From an uncultured Candidatus Sumerlaeota bacterium (GTDB lineage: Bacteria > Sumerlaeota > Sumerlaeia > SLMS01): a stretch of DNA of 64,000 bases. The notes under the pieces were generated by a model. It had not been told where the DNA came from and did not search any database. It saw only the letters and a program-made list of their open reading frames with translations. The number at the start of each line of letters is the position of its first letter. Within the stretch, counting starts at the first letter, position 1. Where the stretch lies: contig CAYFUR010000003.1 in NCBI GenBank assembly GCA_964346275.1, positions 47,011 through 111,010 on the forward strand. Direction: 5' to 3'. This document shows positions 1-9,251 of this stretch, piece by piece. Position numbers and translations under genes: made by a program.

Positions 1-2
1 AA

Positions 3-314
3 GTGGGGCTGCCCGGCCTGCTGATCTGCCTGCCATTCCTTCTCTTGGCTCTCGCGGGCTTGCGAGGCCCCATACGCGGGCTCCTCTCTCACAGTCACTG
101 GAACCAGAACATGGCGGCGCGGTCCGCGGCGGCGGGTGTCTTGATCGCCCTGATCCACGCGGCGGTGGATTTCCATCTTCGGATTCCGCTGATCGGCTTT
201 CAATTCCTCATTCTCCTTTCATTGGCTTGCTGCGCGGCGAAGCGCAGAAGGACAGAGGACGAAACGTCAGGAAAAACAGTGAAATCGGTTGACGGAAGCA
301 CCTCGCCCTATTAA
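3..314 (+). CDS. C-terminal fragment of a polytopic membrane protein (possibly O-antigen ligase/Wzy_C-like)
   Basis: Open frame runs off the 5' edge of the window. Hydrophobic helices and an 'HAAVDFHLRIP' segment are loosely reminiscent of the Wzy_C/WaaL C-terminus. It sits directly upstream of the glycan operon. Confidence 0.3.
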   Translation: MGLPGLLICLPFLLLALAGLRGPIRGLLSHSHWNQNMAARSAAAGVLIALIHAAVDFHLRIPLIGFQFLILLSLACCAAKRRRTEDETSGKTVKSVDGSTSPY

Positions 315-503
315 CTGGCACGCGGATACAGACAAGGTGGAAGTGGCTCCCCGTTTCTGAACGCGCGTCGCAGCCGTCCGTCTCTGATCTGGCAGGACTT
401 ACCATCGTTCCTCCCTCGGTTGCTCAAGAGAGGATTGGTAAAGTTATGCCCAGACTGACGGCCGTGTGACACATTCCCGCTTTTCCGTAATTCCCCTGAT
501 ATT

Positions 504-1379
504 ATGGCTTCCACTCTCTCAAAAGACCTCAAACCTTCCGCGGCCCGAAAACACCGCGTGCTTCGTCCGCGCCGTGGATTAATCCCGATCGATTTCGAGG
601 AGCTCTGGCGCTATCGCGAGCTTCTCTTTTTTCTGACATGGCGGGATATCCTGGTGCGCTACAAGCAGACGCTCCTCGGCATCTGCTGGGCCGTGCTCCA
701 GCCTGTGCTGATGATGGTCGTCCTGACCTTTGTTTTCGGGAAGATGGGCAAATTCCCCAGCGAGGGAAAGCCCTATGCCGTGATGACCCTCGCCGCGCTC
801 CTCCCCTGGCAGTTCTTTTCCAATGCCCTGACGCAAAGCAGCAACTCCGTGGTGAGCGCCGGCAACATGATCCGGAAAGTTTACTTTCCCCGGCTCTACA
901 TCCCCATGAGCGCGATCCTCAGCGGAGTCGTTGATTTTCTCATCGCGATTGGGATTCTGTTCGCCCTCATGATTTACTTCGATGTCCCCTTCCGGCCGCA
1001 CCTCCTGATGCTTCCGGCCTTCTTCCTGGTGGCCCTCCTGGCATCCTTTGGGGTGGGCTTGTGGTTCGGGGCATTGAATGTGAAATATCGCGATGTCAGA
1101 CATATCGTGCCCTTTCTCGTCAGAGTAGGAACCTATCTCAGTCCGGTGGGCTTTCAATCCAGAATTGTGCTCGATAATTTCGGCCCGACCGCACACTTTA
1201 TATACAGCTTGAATCCCATGGTGGGCGTGATCGATGGATTTCGCTGGGCAGTGCTCGGGCCGGAATTTGAACCTTACTGGCCCGCGTTCCTGGCAAGCAT
1301 GGCCATGGTGCTCGTGCTGACCATTTCTGGAATCTATTATTTCCGCGCCTTTGAAAGGACCTTTGCCGACGTCATCTGA
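504..1379 (+). CDS. wzm: ABC-2 type polysaccharide/O-antigen export permease
   Basis: ATG at 504. 291 aa with 6 predicted TM helices; resembles the ABC-2 (Wzm/KpsM/TagG) family. Immediately followed by a cognate ATPase. Confidence 0.85.
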   Translation: MASTLSKDLKPSAARKHRVLRPRRGLIPIDFEELWRYRELLFFLTWRDILVRYKQTLLGICWAVLQPVLMMVVLTFVFGKMGKFPSEGKPYAVMTLAALLPWQFFSNALTQSSNSVVSAGNMIRKVYFPRLYIPMSAILSGVVDFLIAIGILFALMIYFDVPFRPHLLMLPAFFLVALLASFGVGLWFGALNVKYRDVRHIVPFLVRVGTYLSPVGFQSRIVLDNFGPTAHFIYSLNPMVGVIDGFRWAVLGPEFEPYWPAFLASMAMVLVLTISGIYYFRAFERTFADVI

Positions 1380-1401
1380 CGACTCAGGCGCCCGCTTTTC
1401 T

Positions 1402-2640
1402 ATGAACGAATCCGTCATTTCCGCGCGCGGCCTCTCGAAGAAATTTCGCCTCGGGGCAACTCTGCGCCACAATACCTTGAGAGACAAGATAAGCCACACG
1501 GTCCGATCCATGGCAAACCGCGCTTCCCGGGAGAAAACCCCGGGGGATTATAGCCGCGGGGGAAACAAAAAAGAGTTCTGGGCCCTGCGGGATCTTTCTT
1601 TCGATATATACGAGGGGGAAGTTGTCGGCATTATCGGCCGGAACGGCGCGGGCAAGTCGACCCTGCTGAAAATCCTCAGTGAGATCACCGACCCCACGGA
1701 GGGCGAAGTCCACCTGTCCGGGCGCGTCTCGAGTCTGCTTGAGGTGGGAACGGGTTTTCACCCAGAGCTTTCTGGCCGGGAAAATGTCTATCTTAATGGC
1801 GCGATTCTCGGTATGTCGCGCGCGGAGATTCGGCAAAAATTCGATGAGATCGTTGCCTTTGCCGAAGTAGAGCGTTTCCTGGACACCCCGGTGAAGCGCT
1901 ATTCCTCGGGCATGTTTGTTCGCCTCGCCTTCGCCGTGGCGGCACACCTGGAACCGGAGATTCTTCTGGTGGACGAGGTGCTGGCCGTTGGCGATGTAGG
2001 CTTTCAGCGCAAGTGTCTCGGCAAGCTGGAAGAAATCGCCAGCAGCGGACGCACCGTCCTTTTCGTCAGCCACAATATGGGCACCGTGGAAACCCTGACC
2101 CAGCGGGCGATCTGTCTGGAAGAAGGGCGCATCATGGCGGAGGGCGAATCGCGATCGACGATCCGCCGTTATCTGGATTTTATCGAAAGCTCGGTCCTCT
2201 CCGAGGAGCACCAGCACGACAAACTGCTGCGCATCAGGCTCATGCGCGATGGAGAGCCGGCCACCGCTGTTCGCATGGGCGATCCACTGACCTTCGAAAT
2301 CACCTACAATCTCCCTGAAACGCTCCGGAATCCGGTGATCGGCATTGGTATCTGCAACGAGCAAAACGTGCGCGTTTTCAGCCTGAGCATGTGGTATGAT
2401 GGCGAACGAATCACCGAACTGGCCGGACGCGGAACAATCCTTTGTGATGCGGGCGATGTTCCGCTCAACCAGGGCATTTATTTTGTGAAACTCGTGCTCA
2501 CTCAGGACCGGCGGGACATTGACGTTTCCGATCCGGCACTGCGTTTTGAGGTCGTGCCGACTGACGTTTTCGGAAACGGGGTCATCCCGACACGCAGCCA
2601 GGGCCTGATCTATACATCCGCAAAGTGGACCTTTCATTGA
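1402..2640 (+). CDS. wzt: Polysaccharide ABC exporter ATP-binding protein with C-terminal extension domain
   Basis: ATG at 1402 (the ORF frame starts at 1351). Walker A 'GRNGAGKSTLLKIL', an ABC signature and Walker B 'LLVDE'. About 170 extra C-terminal residues beyond the nucleotide-binding domain, consistent with a Wzt-type carbohydrate-binding C-domain. Confidence 0.85.
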   Translation: MNESVISARGLSKKFRLGATLRHNTLRDKISHTVRSMANRASREKTPGDYSRGGNKKEFWALRDLSFDIYEGEVVGIIGRNGAGKSTLLKILSEITDPTEGEVHLSGRVSSLLEVGTGFHPELSGRENVYLNGAILGMSRAEIRQKFDEIVAFAEVERFLDTPVKRYSSGMFVRLAFAVAAHLEPEILLVDEVLAVGDVGFQRKCLGKLEEIASSGRTVLFVSHNMGTVETLTQRAICLEEGRIMAEGESRSTIRRYLDFIESSVLSEEHQHDKLLRIRLMRDGEPATAVRMGDPLTFEITYNLPETLRNPVIGIGICNEQNVRVFSLSMWYDGERITELAGRGTILCDAGDVPLNQGIYFVKLVLTQDRRDIDVSDPALRFEVVPTDVFGNGVIPTRSQGLIYTSAKWTFH

Positions 2641-3329
2641 TGAAGGCTTTGCTGAAGGCCCAGGTGCGCCAGGAAAACGCAAGAGGCGAATGGTCTCAAT
2701 CTTATCGCGAAACCCTGAGAATTCGGGAAATCTATCCGCATATATGGGACATCCCCCTTTCTCGCGGACTTCAAACGATTCTTCAGAACCACCTGGCCAA
2801 TCAATCAGGTCCGTTGCTCGACTTCGGCGCTTCCGAAACCTCTCAAGTCCGGGCTCATTTGCAAGGCTTGGCCCCGGAGATGAATTACTTCAGCATGGAT
2901 ATTGATCGGCAAACGCGCCAGGATTATTACTCCTGGGATGAAATCGATCGAGAATTCTCTACCATCCTCAGCTCTGAAGTCATCGAACACATGAGCTATA
3001 CAGATGTCGTGGGCTTTCTTTCGAATGCGCAGGAATCCCTGGCCCCGGGCGGTCTGCTGATTCTGACAACTCCCAACATTTTCCATCCCACCCGCTTTCT
3101 TCAGGACCCCACCCATCAGACTCCCTGGAATTACGATCACCTGGGTGGCGAGTTGCTTGTTGCGGGGTTCGACCTCCTGGCATTCTATCGCTTTGGAGCA
3201 CCGAATGCCCCGCGGCATTTGAGAGGAAAGTTTTCTCAATTCTTCATGGGCAAGGTCCGAAAAAACCTGGGTCTGGACAACGCAAAGAGCATTTGCTGTG
3301 TCGCCAGAAAACCACAGCAGGCGGTCTGA
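2640..3329 (+). CDS. Class I SAM-dependent methyltransferase (candidate glycan-terminus modifying enzyme)
   Basis: ATG at 2640 overlaps the wzt stop (TGATG); an alternative GTG lies at 2625. A methyltransferase type 11/12-like core: 'LLDFGASE' (motif I-like) and 'GGLLILTTPN' (post-motif II). Confidence 0.6.
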   Translation: MKALLKAQVRQENARGEWSQSYRETLRIREIYPHIWDIPLSRGLQTILQNHLANQSGPLLDFGASETSQVRAHLQGLAPEMNYFSMDIDRQTRQDYYSWDEIDREFSTILSSEVIEHMSYTDVVGFLSNAQESLAPGGLLILTTPNIFHPTRFLQDPTHQTPWNYDHLGGELLVAGFDLLAFYRFGAPNAPRHLRGKFSQFFMGKVRKNLGLDNAKSICCVARKPQQAV

Positions 3330-3340
3330 ATCGTTCGATT

Positions 3341-4420
3341 ATGACTGGTCTTTTGAAAAAAGCCTATTGGACTTGGAAGTCAGCCTCACTTTCTCGCGCA
3401 CAAACACGCTCCCACTTCCTGGATTTTCCGGACCCTTCGCCAAAACACCGCATCGGATGGGTGCTCGCGGGAAATGAGTGGCTCGGAAGTGCCCGGGTGA
3501 AGGGGTTCCTGATCGACGAATCTTTGCAGCAGGCCGAGGAAAACTTTGTGAGCAGGATACTTTACCACCCCTCAGATGGGGACTATCTCCACTCCGCACT
3601 GGAATGGAAACCGGAACACTGGAGGCCCTTTCTGCAACGGCTCGATGTCCTTTGTTTCCAAACCCGGAGTGGCTATACAGAGCAGCTCCTGGAAGATTGC
3701 CGGGCGCATGGTGTGAAGACAGTGTTTTCTATCAGTGATCTCCAGATCCACAAAGTGCCGGAAAGTGTTTTTAGATTAAGCGATGCCGTCGTGACTTCAT
3801 CCCCGTTCCTGCGCGACCAGCTCCTGCCCTATCACTCGCAGGTTTTCGTTATCGACGATCCTCTCGAGGTCCCCGCGGGCATGCATCGAGTCGAACATGA
3901 TCGCCGCAACCAGCCACAGGTTGTCTGGTTCGGCCATCCTGGCCATTGGAACCACGTCGAGTTTCTTAAAGATGCTCTGCGGTCGCCAATGCTAAATGGA
4001 TATACGCTCAAAACGATTTCCCGGCACCCGGAAGCCTCTGTCCAGTGGCATCCGAAGACTGTCTGGCACGAGCTCCAGGACGGGGATATTGCCGTCATTC
4101 CCTGTGATCTGGACCAAAATGGAAAAGCGAAGTCGAGCAATCGCCTGACGGCACTCATGAAACTGGGCTATCCCGTCGTTGCAACGCCCATCCCCGCCTA
4201 TCAGCCTTATATACAACATGGAGAAAACGGATACTTTGCCACGGACCGGGAAAGCTGGATCCAGAGTCTGGCGCGCCTCGCCGATCAGAGTTTGAGACAG
4301 GAAATCGGCAAAGCGGCCCGAGAAACGGAGGCTTTGCGAGAAGTGGAACTGGCCTCTGTCCGGCGGAGATGGGAAAAGCTTTTCAACCGTCTTCTCGAGG
4401 ATCACTGCGACACCCGATGA
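3341..4420 (+). CDS. Putative GT-B-fold glycosyltransferase (divergent)
   Basis: ATG at 3341 (the ORF frame is open from TTG 3293). The C-terminal region 'NRLTALMKLGYPVVATPIPAY...HGENGYF' resembles the C-terminal sugar-donor-binding half of GT-B enzymes. No confident family assignment by eye. Confidence 0.4.
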   Translation: MTGLLKKAYWTWKSASLSRAQTRSHFLDFPDPSPKHRIGWVLAGNEWLGSARVKGFLIDESLQQAEENFVSRILYHPSDGDYLHSALEWKPEHWRPFLQRLDVLCFQTRSGYTEQLLEDCRAHGVKTVFSISDLQIHKVPESVFRLSDAVVTSSPFLRDQLLPYHSQVFVIDDPLEVPAGMHRVEHDRRNQPQVVWFGHPGHWNHVEFLKDALRSPMLNGYTLKTISRHPEASVQWHPKTVWHELQDGDIAVIPCDLDQNGKAKSSNRLTALMKLGYPVVATPIPAYQPYIQHGENGYFATDRESWIQSLARLADQSLRQEIGKAARETEALREVELASVRRRWEKLFNRLLEDHCDTR

Positions 4421-5181
4421 TACTTGTCTATCACCATGTCTCTCCTCTTGCTTCTGTGCCCGCCCCCGAGGAACGGGAACACAACGAGGGATGGGAATAC
4501 ACGATCGCGCCGGAAGCCTTCCGCAATCAGCTCCAACTTCTTCGGAAAAGGGGCTTTCGATTCATCTCGCTCGATCATCTGGCAAGCCTTCTTCTCCAAG
4601 GCGAAAACGAACCCGCCGACACGATCGTGGTGACTTTCGATGATGGGTGGATAGACAACTGGAACCACGCATGGCCCATCCTGAAAGAGCTCGAAATACC
4701 GGCAACGTTTTTCGTCACGACCGAACATCTCCGTAAAGGCGCCATGGTCGAAGGCAAAAAGATGGGACCGAAAGCGCTGCTCAAGCTGGCGGAATCCGGC
4801 ATGACCATTGGCGCCCATACGCGCACCCATGCGGATGTTTCCCGCGTTGCGAAAGAGATCGCCCGGGATGAGATCGCCGGAAGCCGGGAGGACCTGGCGA
4901 ACGTGCTGGGAGAACCGCCCCGCTTCTTCGCTTATCCAGGCGGAGCTTTTAATCGCCCGGCCGCGGACCTTGTTGGCGAGGCTGGCTATACAGCGGCCTG
5001 TTCCGTCGTCGGAGGTGGCCGTAACACACCGGGCGACCGATATTGGCTCTACCGGACGGTGCTGTCCGAGCGGCTGAATACTCTCCGTGATCGAATTTTT
5101 CTCTCGCCGCTGGCTCGGCCTTTCCTTAGCTCGCGAGCGAAAAGAACGACGGCGGCACTTCTCGGCCAGCGAAATGGCTGA
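4417..5181 (+). CDS. Polysaccharide deacetylase (NodB/CE4 family)
   Basis: ATG at 4417 overlaps the upstream stop (ATGA). 'VTFDDGW' carries the CE4 catalytic Asp-Asp pair; 'IGAHTRTH' is a metal-binding His motif. Confidence 0.8.
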   Translation: MILVYHHVSPLASVPAPEEREHNEGWEYTIAPEAFRNQLQLLRKRGFRFISLDHLASLLLQGENEPADTIVVTFDDGWIDNWNHAWPILKELEIPATFFVTTEHLRKGAMVEGKKMGPKALLKLAESGMTIGAHTRTHADVSRVAKEIARDEIAGSREDLANVLGEPPRFFAYPGGAFNRPAADLVGEAGYTAACSVVGGGRNTPGDRYWLYRTVLSERLNTLRDRIFLSPLARPFLSSRAKRTTAALLGQRNG

Positions 5182-6241
5182 AACCGCCAAGCCAAAGCTC
5201 AGCGTCCTCATGGCCGTCTATAACGGTGAAACGTATTTACGCGAAGCATTGCATGGCCTCCTCGGGCAGTCCTTCGAGGACTTCGAAGTGATCGCGGTCG
5301 ATGATGGGAGCACGGATTCGACGTTTGCTATTCTCGACGAATACGCCGCGCGGGATATCCGCATTCAAGTTGTCCGCAGCGAAAGAAACGAAGGGCTTGC
5401 CAAGGCCCTGAACCGCGGCCTTTCGCATTGCCGGGCAGAGTATGTGGCGCGCGCGGACGCGGACGACATTTCGTTGCCGGAACGGTTCGAGACACAATTG
5501 AACTTCCTGAAAGACAACCCCCAAACCGGGGTCCTGTCGTCCGCTTCTCTATCCATTGATGAACACGGAAAAGAGGGGGGATGGTCCATCCCTTCCCTGG
5601 ACCACGATGAGATTCAATTCCGCCTTCTCTGGATGTCTCCGATAAACCACGGTGCCGTTATGTATAGACGCCGTCTTGTGGAAGAGGCTGGTGGATATCA
5701 TCCGGATTTCTGGACAGCCCAAGACTACGAGCTTTGGAGCCGCCTCTCCGGAAAGACCCGCTTTGCAAACATCGAACGCCCGCTCATAAAGTATAGACGC
5801 CACTCGGATCAAACAACGGCAACCCGAGGGGATGGGGGCGCCTCCCTGAGCCGGCAAGTCTCGCAACGCCTGCTCCGCGACTACCTTCGCCGGGAGGTCG
5901 GCGAGGAGGAAACCCAACTCATCCGCCAGATGCTCAATGCCTTCGACCCCCTCGAACCCCGTGATTACCGCCCCGCGCTTGAATTATTGAAAGAATTGAT
6001 CGAGGAAACAGACCATCGGGGCGACGCTCGCACCAGCCGTCTTGCCCACAGGATTTTCGCGGGCTCGTGTCTCAAGCATTCGGTCATGCTCAGCTATCGC
6101 AATCCCGCGAGGAGCCGCCTGCTTTTCCGGGAGGCGGCGTCTCTTCATCCCCAATTGCTTCTTTCCCGGACTTCCCTGAAGCAGGCGATGCGCCTCTGTA
6201 TCCTCGGCCCTTGCCGGCGATTCAAGAGCCCTGTCTCATGA
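5174..6241 (+). CDS. Family 2 glycosyltransferase
   Basis: ATG at 5174. 'LSVLMAVYNGETYLREAL...FEVIAVDDGSTDST' is a canonical GT-A N-terminus; the DAD motif is present. Confidence 0.85.
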   Translation: MAETAKPKLSVLMAVYNGETYLREALHGLLGQSFEDFEVIAVDDGSTDSTFAILDEYAARDIRIQVVRSERNEGLAKALNRGLSHCRAEYVARADADDISLPERFETQLNFLKDNPQTGVLSSASLSIDEHGKEGGWSIPSLDHDEIQFRLLWMSPINHGAVMYRRRLVEEAGGYHPDFWTAQDYELWSRLSGKTRFANIERPLIKYRRHSDQTTATRGDGGASLSRQVSQRLLRDYLRREVGEEETQLIRQMLNAFDPLEPRDYRPALELLKELIEETDHRGDARTSRLAHRIFAGSCLKHSVMLSYRNPARSRLLFREAASLHPQLLLSRTSLKQAMRLCILGPCRRFKSPVS

Positions 6242-7443
6242 GTTCTTCTTCAAAGAAGCAGAGAGTGCTCCTTGTGGCCCCCGTGGGCTTTGGCGGCATC
6301 CAAACCTGGTGTTTGCATTATGCGAAGGCTCTGCGCGAGATGGGAAGTTTCGAGGCGGACGTCTTGTTTGAATGCTATGGTAAGACATCATCATCCAACA
6401 GACAGAGCGAAAATGAACAGGATTATACATCGGTCTTTTCCTATGGCGCGAAGGAAAACCGGTCCCATGTTTGCCGACGGCTTATTCGAACTCTCTCCAG
6501 CTACCACGTTGTCTATCCGAATACCAGCGGCATGACCTATCACGCGCTTGCACGGATGGGCGCAAAGCGGCCTGTCGCCATCGGAGCCTGCCGGGGAGAT
6601 TTCGAACACGACTACGGCACGCTTCAGATGTTCGAGCCTTACCTCGACGCAATCTTCACCGTGAGCGATCTCTGCCTTCGGGAGTTGGAATCCCGCCTCG
6701 CCGGAACAAGTCTGCCCATGACAGCCATTCCCCACGGCTCGGATCCAGGCTTGTGTAGACAAAATCCCAATGGCCCACTTCGGCTCGCTTTCACGGGGCG
6801 CTTTGCCCCGGTGAAGCGACTGCCCGACCTCGTTGAGATTGCCGGCCTCCTCAGGCAAGAGGGAGTCGGTTTCCGCCTCACCCTGGCGGGCGACGGCCCT
6901 CTCAAGGACGAATTGAAGCAACTTACCGAGACGAAAGATTTGGGAACGCATATCGATTTTCCCGGGAAACTGGAAACCCGCCAGATCGCCGAACTCCTCT
7001 CTGAATCCCATTGCCTCCTCTTGCTTTCCGAGCGGGAAAGCTTTGGGCTGAGTGCTCTTGAAGGAATGGCCCACGGCGCCGTTCCAATCGTCTCCAACAC
7101 CTGTGGCTGCCGGGAAGCGATTCAGCATGGCGAGAACGGCTTTCTTGTTTCTCCAGGCTCAATCGAAGAGGCCGCGCGCCACATAATTGCTCTGGAGCGG
7201 GACCGCGAAAGCTGGCAGCGGTTTTCGAATGCAGCCCGTGACACGGTGCGAAAGAAATACTCGGCCTCGCAAATACTCGAGAGGAACCTCGCATTCCTGG
7301 AGCAGGCAAGAGAGCGGCACCGCCTGAAGGTCATGGAAACACCCAATCATGTTCCCCCCTTTTCGCGCCTCGACCATCCTTTTCTGCCAAACGCGGCGAC
7401 GAAACTGCTGCGAACGGCTTTCAAGAGAGGAGGGTCTGTATGA
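6238..7443 (+). CDS. Family 1 (GT4-like) glycosyltransferase
   Basis: ATG at 6238 overlaps the upstream stop. 'ESFGLSALEGMAHGAVPIVSNTCGCREAIQHGENGFLV' is an EX7E-type GT4 C-terminal motif. Confidence 0.85.
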   Translation: MSSSSKKQRVLLVAPVGFGGIQTWCLHYAKALREMGSFEADVLFECYGKTSSSNRQSENEQDYTSVFSYGAKENRSHVCRRLIRTLSSYHVVYPNTSGMTYHALARMGAKRPVAIGACRGDFEHDYGTLQMFEPYLDAIFTVSDLCLRELESRLAGTSLPMTAIPHGSDPGLCRQNPNGPLRLAFTGRFAPVKRLPDLVEIAGLLRQEGVGFRLTLAGDGPLKDELKQLTETKDLGTHIDFPGKLETRQIAELLSESHCLLLLSERESFGLSALEGMAHGAVPIVSNTCGCREAIQHGENGFLVSPGSIEEAARHIIALERDRESWQRFSNAARDTVRKKYSASQILERNLAFLEQARERHRLKVMETPNHVPPFSRLDHPFLPNAATKLLRTAFKRGGSV

Positions 7444-8300
7444 CCGCGCCCCTGGTCAGCGTTCTCATGACTCTTTACAATCGCGAACGGTTTGTCTCCC
7501 AGGCGATCGAAAGCGTTCTCGCCTCTTCATTCGAAGACTTCGAACTGATCATCGTCGATGACGGATCGACTGACAGAAGCCTCGAGATTGCCCGCGGGTT
7601 TGAAGGCGACAGACGAGTCAGGGTTCAGCGGAATGAGAAGAACCTCGGTGATTACGCAAACCGAAACCGCGCGGCAAGCCATGCGACGGGCAAATACCTG
7701 AAATACATAGATTCCGATGACCTGATCTATACACATGGCCTTCAGGTCATGGTGCAATGCATGGAAGAACATCCGGATGCCGCCGTGGGAATCTGCAAAG
7801 GAGAAACCCGCAAAGAGCCTTATCCGATCCGCCTGACACCCCGGGAGGCCTACAAGCAGCACTTTTCCGGGAATGGCCTGCTGTCCAATGCGCCCACGTC
7901 CACGATTTTCCGCCGGGATGCTTTTCAGGAAATCGGGGGTTTTCGAGAGGATCTTTACTTCGGCGATTGCGAGCTTCTTCTGAAACTGGCCGCTCAATTT
8001 CCCATTCTGCTTCTTCCAGCGGGCCTGGCCTGGTGGAGGCAACATGGCAGCCAGGGGAATGCGAACCACCGTGATGTGCGCGCCTTTGGATCCCTTGCGT
8101 TCCGCGTTGAACGGGAAAAACTCACCAGCCCCAATTGCCCCCTTTCGCCGGAGGAACGCGCGCAGGCCATGCGCTGGCTGAAAGGCATTCAAACCCGCCG
8201 CCTTGCCAGGAAAAGCATCCGCCAGCCTGCCGCCGCCCTGGATCATTGGAACAAAAGCGGGCTCAAGCCGGCTGATATACGGTATCTTTTCTCTCGATAG
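7440..8300 (+). CDS. Family 2 glycosyltransferase
   Basis: ATGA overlap with the upstream gene. 'VSVLMTLYNRERFV...FELIIVDDGSTD'. Confidence 0.85.
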   Translation: MTAPLVSVLMTLYNRERFVSQAIESVLASSFEDFELIIVDDGSTDRSLEIARGFEGDRRVRVQRNEKNLGDYANRNRAASHATGKYLKYIDSDDLIYTHGLQVMVQCMEEHPDAAVGICKGETRKEPYPIRLTPREAYKQHFSGNGLLSNAPTSTIFRRDAFQEIGGFREDLYFGDCELLLKLAAQFPILLLPAGLAWWRQHGSQGNANHRDVRAFGSLAFRVEREKLTSPNCPLSPEERAQAMRWLKGIQTRRLARKSIRQPAAALDHWNKSGLKPADIRYLFSR

Positions 8301-8303
8301 CCC

Positions 8304-9251
8304 ATGTCTGAAACTCCGCAAATTACAGTGGTCATTCCCACCTATAACCGAGCTGGCTTACTTGGACAGGCCGTCCACTCGGTCCTTTGCCAGGAGGGAG
8401 TCTCCCACGAAATCATTGTCGTCGATGATGGTTCAACCGACAACACGAGGGAGGTTGTCCAGGACCTCCAAGACCGAATCCATTATATACGACAGGTCAA
8501 CAGCGGAGCACCGGCGGCACGCAACACCGGGCTTAAGCAAGCCACAGGGCAATCGATCAAGTTTCTCGATTCCGACGACTACCTTGCACCTGGCTGCCTG
8601 CAAGTCCAGTGGGCGCATCTGGAGAATTCAAACGCCGACATTGTGTACGGCCAATGGCAGGAAGTCGGGCTGGATACTCCCAATCCCGATCTTCCTCCGT
8701 TCGAAATGCCTTACGATGATCCGATCGATTCCTTGCTCGCTGATTGGTGGACTCCCAATTTCTCCTACCTGATTCGCTCTGATACCGCCAAGAGTACGGG
8801 ATGGGACGAGAGCCTCGGAAGCGCTCAGGATTTCGATTATATACTTCGGCTCGCTATTCGCGGCGCATCTTTTCAATACGTCCCGGGACCGGCTGGCTTC
8901 TACCGTTTCCACGGGCAGGAGCGTGTATCGCGCCTGCAACTTTCCTCCTGGTGCCGAAACCGGGAGAAAGTCTTGAGCCGCGCCGCGGATCTCCTTCTCC
9001 AGAGCGACAGCTTGACGGAAACACGCCGCCAGCACCTGGCACTTTCGCTTTTTCGCCTTGCCCAGGCTGTTTTCGCGGAGGACCGGTCGTGGTTTCGCCG
9101 CCTTACAGACAAAACTCGTGAAATCGAGCCTGGTTTTCGTCCTCCCAGGAAAGCTCATGCACTGATGGCGTCTCTTCTTGGCCTGGAAGGCGCGGAAGTT
9201 CTCCTTCAGGCGCGGAGAAACTATTTGAAGAAAAGGCGGAGCCCCGTTTGA
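8304..9251 (+). CDS. Family 2 glycosyltransferase
   Basis: ATG at 8304. 'ITVVIPTYNRAGLL...HEIIVVDDGSTDNT'; 'DSDD' DXD motif. Confidence 0.85.
   Translation: MSETPQITVVIPTYNRAGLLGQAVHSVLCQEGVSHEIIVVDDGSTDNTREVVQDLQDRIHYIRQVNSGAPAARNTGLKQATGQSIKFLDSDDYLAPGCLQVQWAHLENSNADIVYGQWQEVGLDTPNPDLPPFEMPYDDPIDSLLADWWTPNFSYLIRSDTAKSTGWDESLGSAQDFDYILRLAIRGASFQYVPGPAGFYRFHGQERVSRLQLSSWCRNREKVLSRAADLLLQSDSLTETRRQHLALSLFRLAQAVFAEDRSWFRRLTDKTREIEPGFRPPRKAHALMASLLGLEGAEVLLQARRNYLKKRRSPV

Noticed and set aside
316-322. Perfect TGGCACG (sigma-54 -24 element) just downstream of the first ORF's stop and ~180 nt upstream of wzm
   Set aside because: The -12 position reads TACA instead of TTGC/GC. A 7-mer is expected several times by chance in 128 kb of two-strand sequence.
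579-1511. Long antisense or alternate-frame ORFs across the window, for example 579-1511(-), 1384-2682(-), 6391-7128(-), 12566-13681(+), 12918-14198(-), 18209-18949(-), 20436-21191(-), 23401-24681(+), 32655-33647(-), 39122-40045(-), 47947-49899(-), 50463-51653(-), 55060-55965(-), 58145-59224(-), 59762-60718(-), 61045-62292(+)
   Set aside because: These have Arg/Pro/Gly/Ala-rich low-complexity translations typical of shadow ORFs in high-GC DNA. Each overlaps a gene on the other strand or frame that has clear family motifs. No RBS or known motifs were seen.
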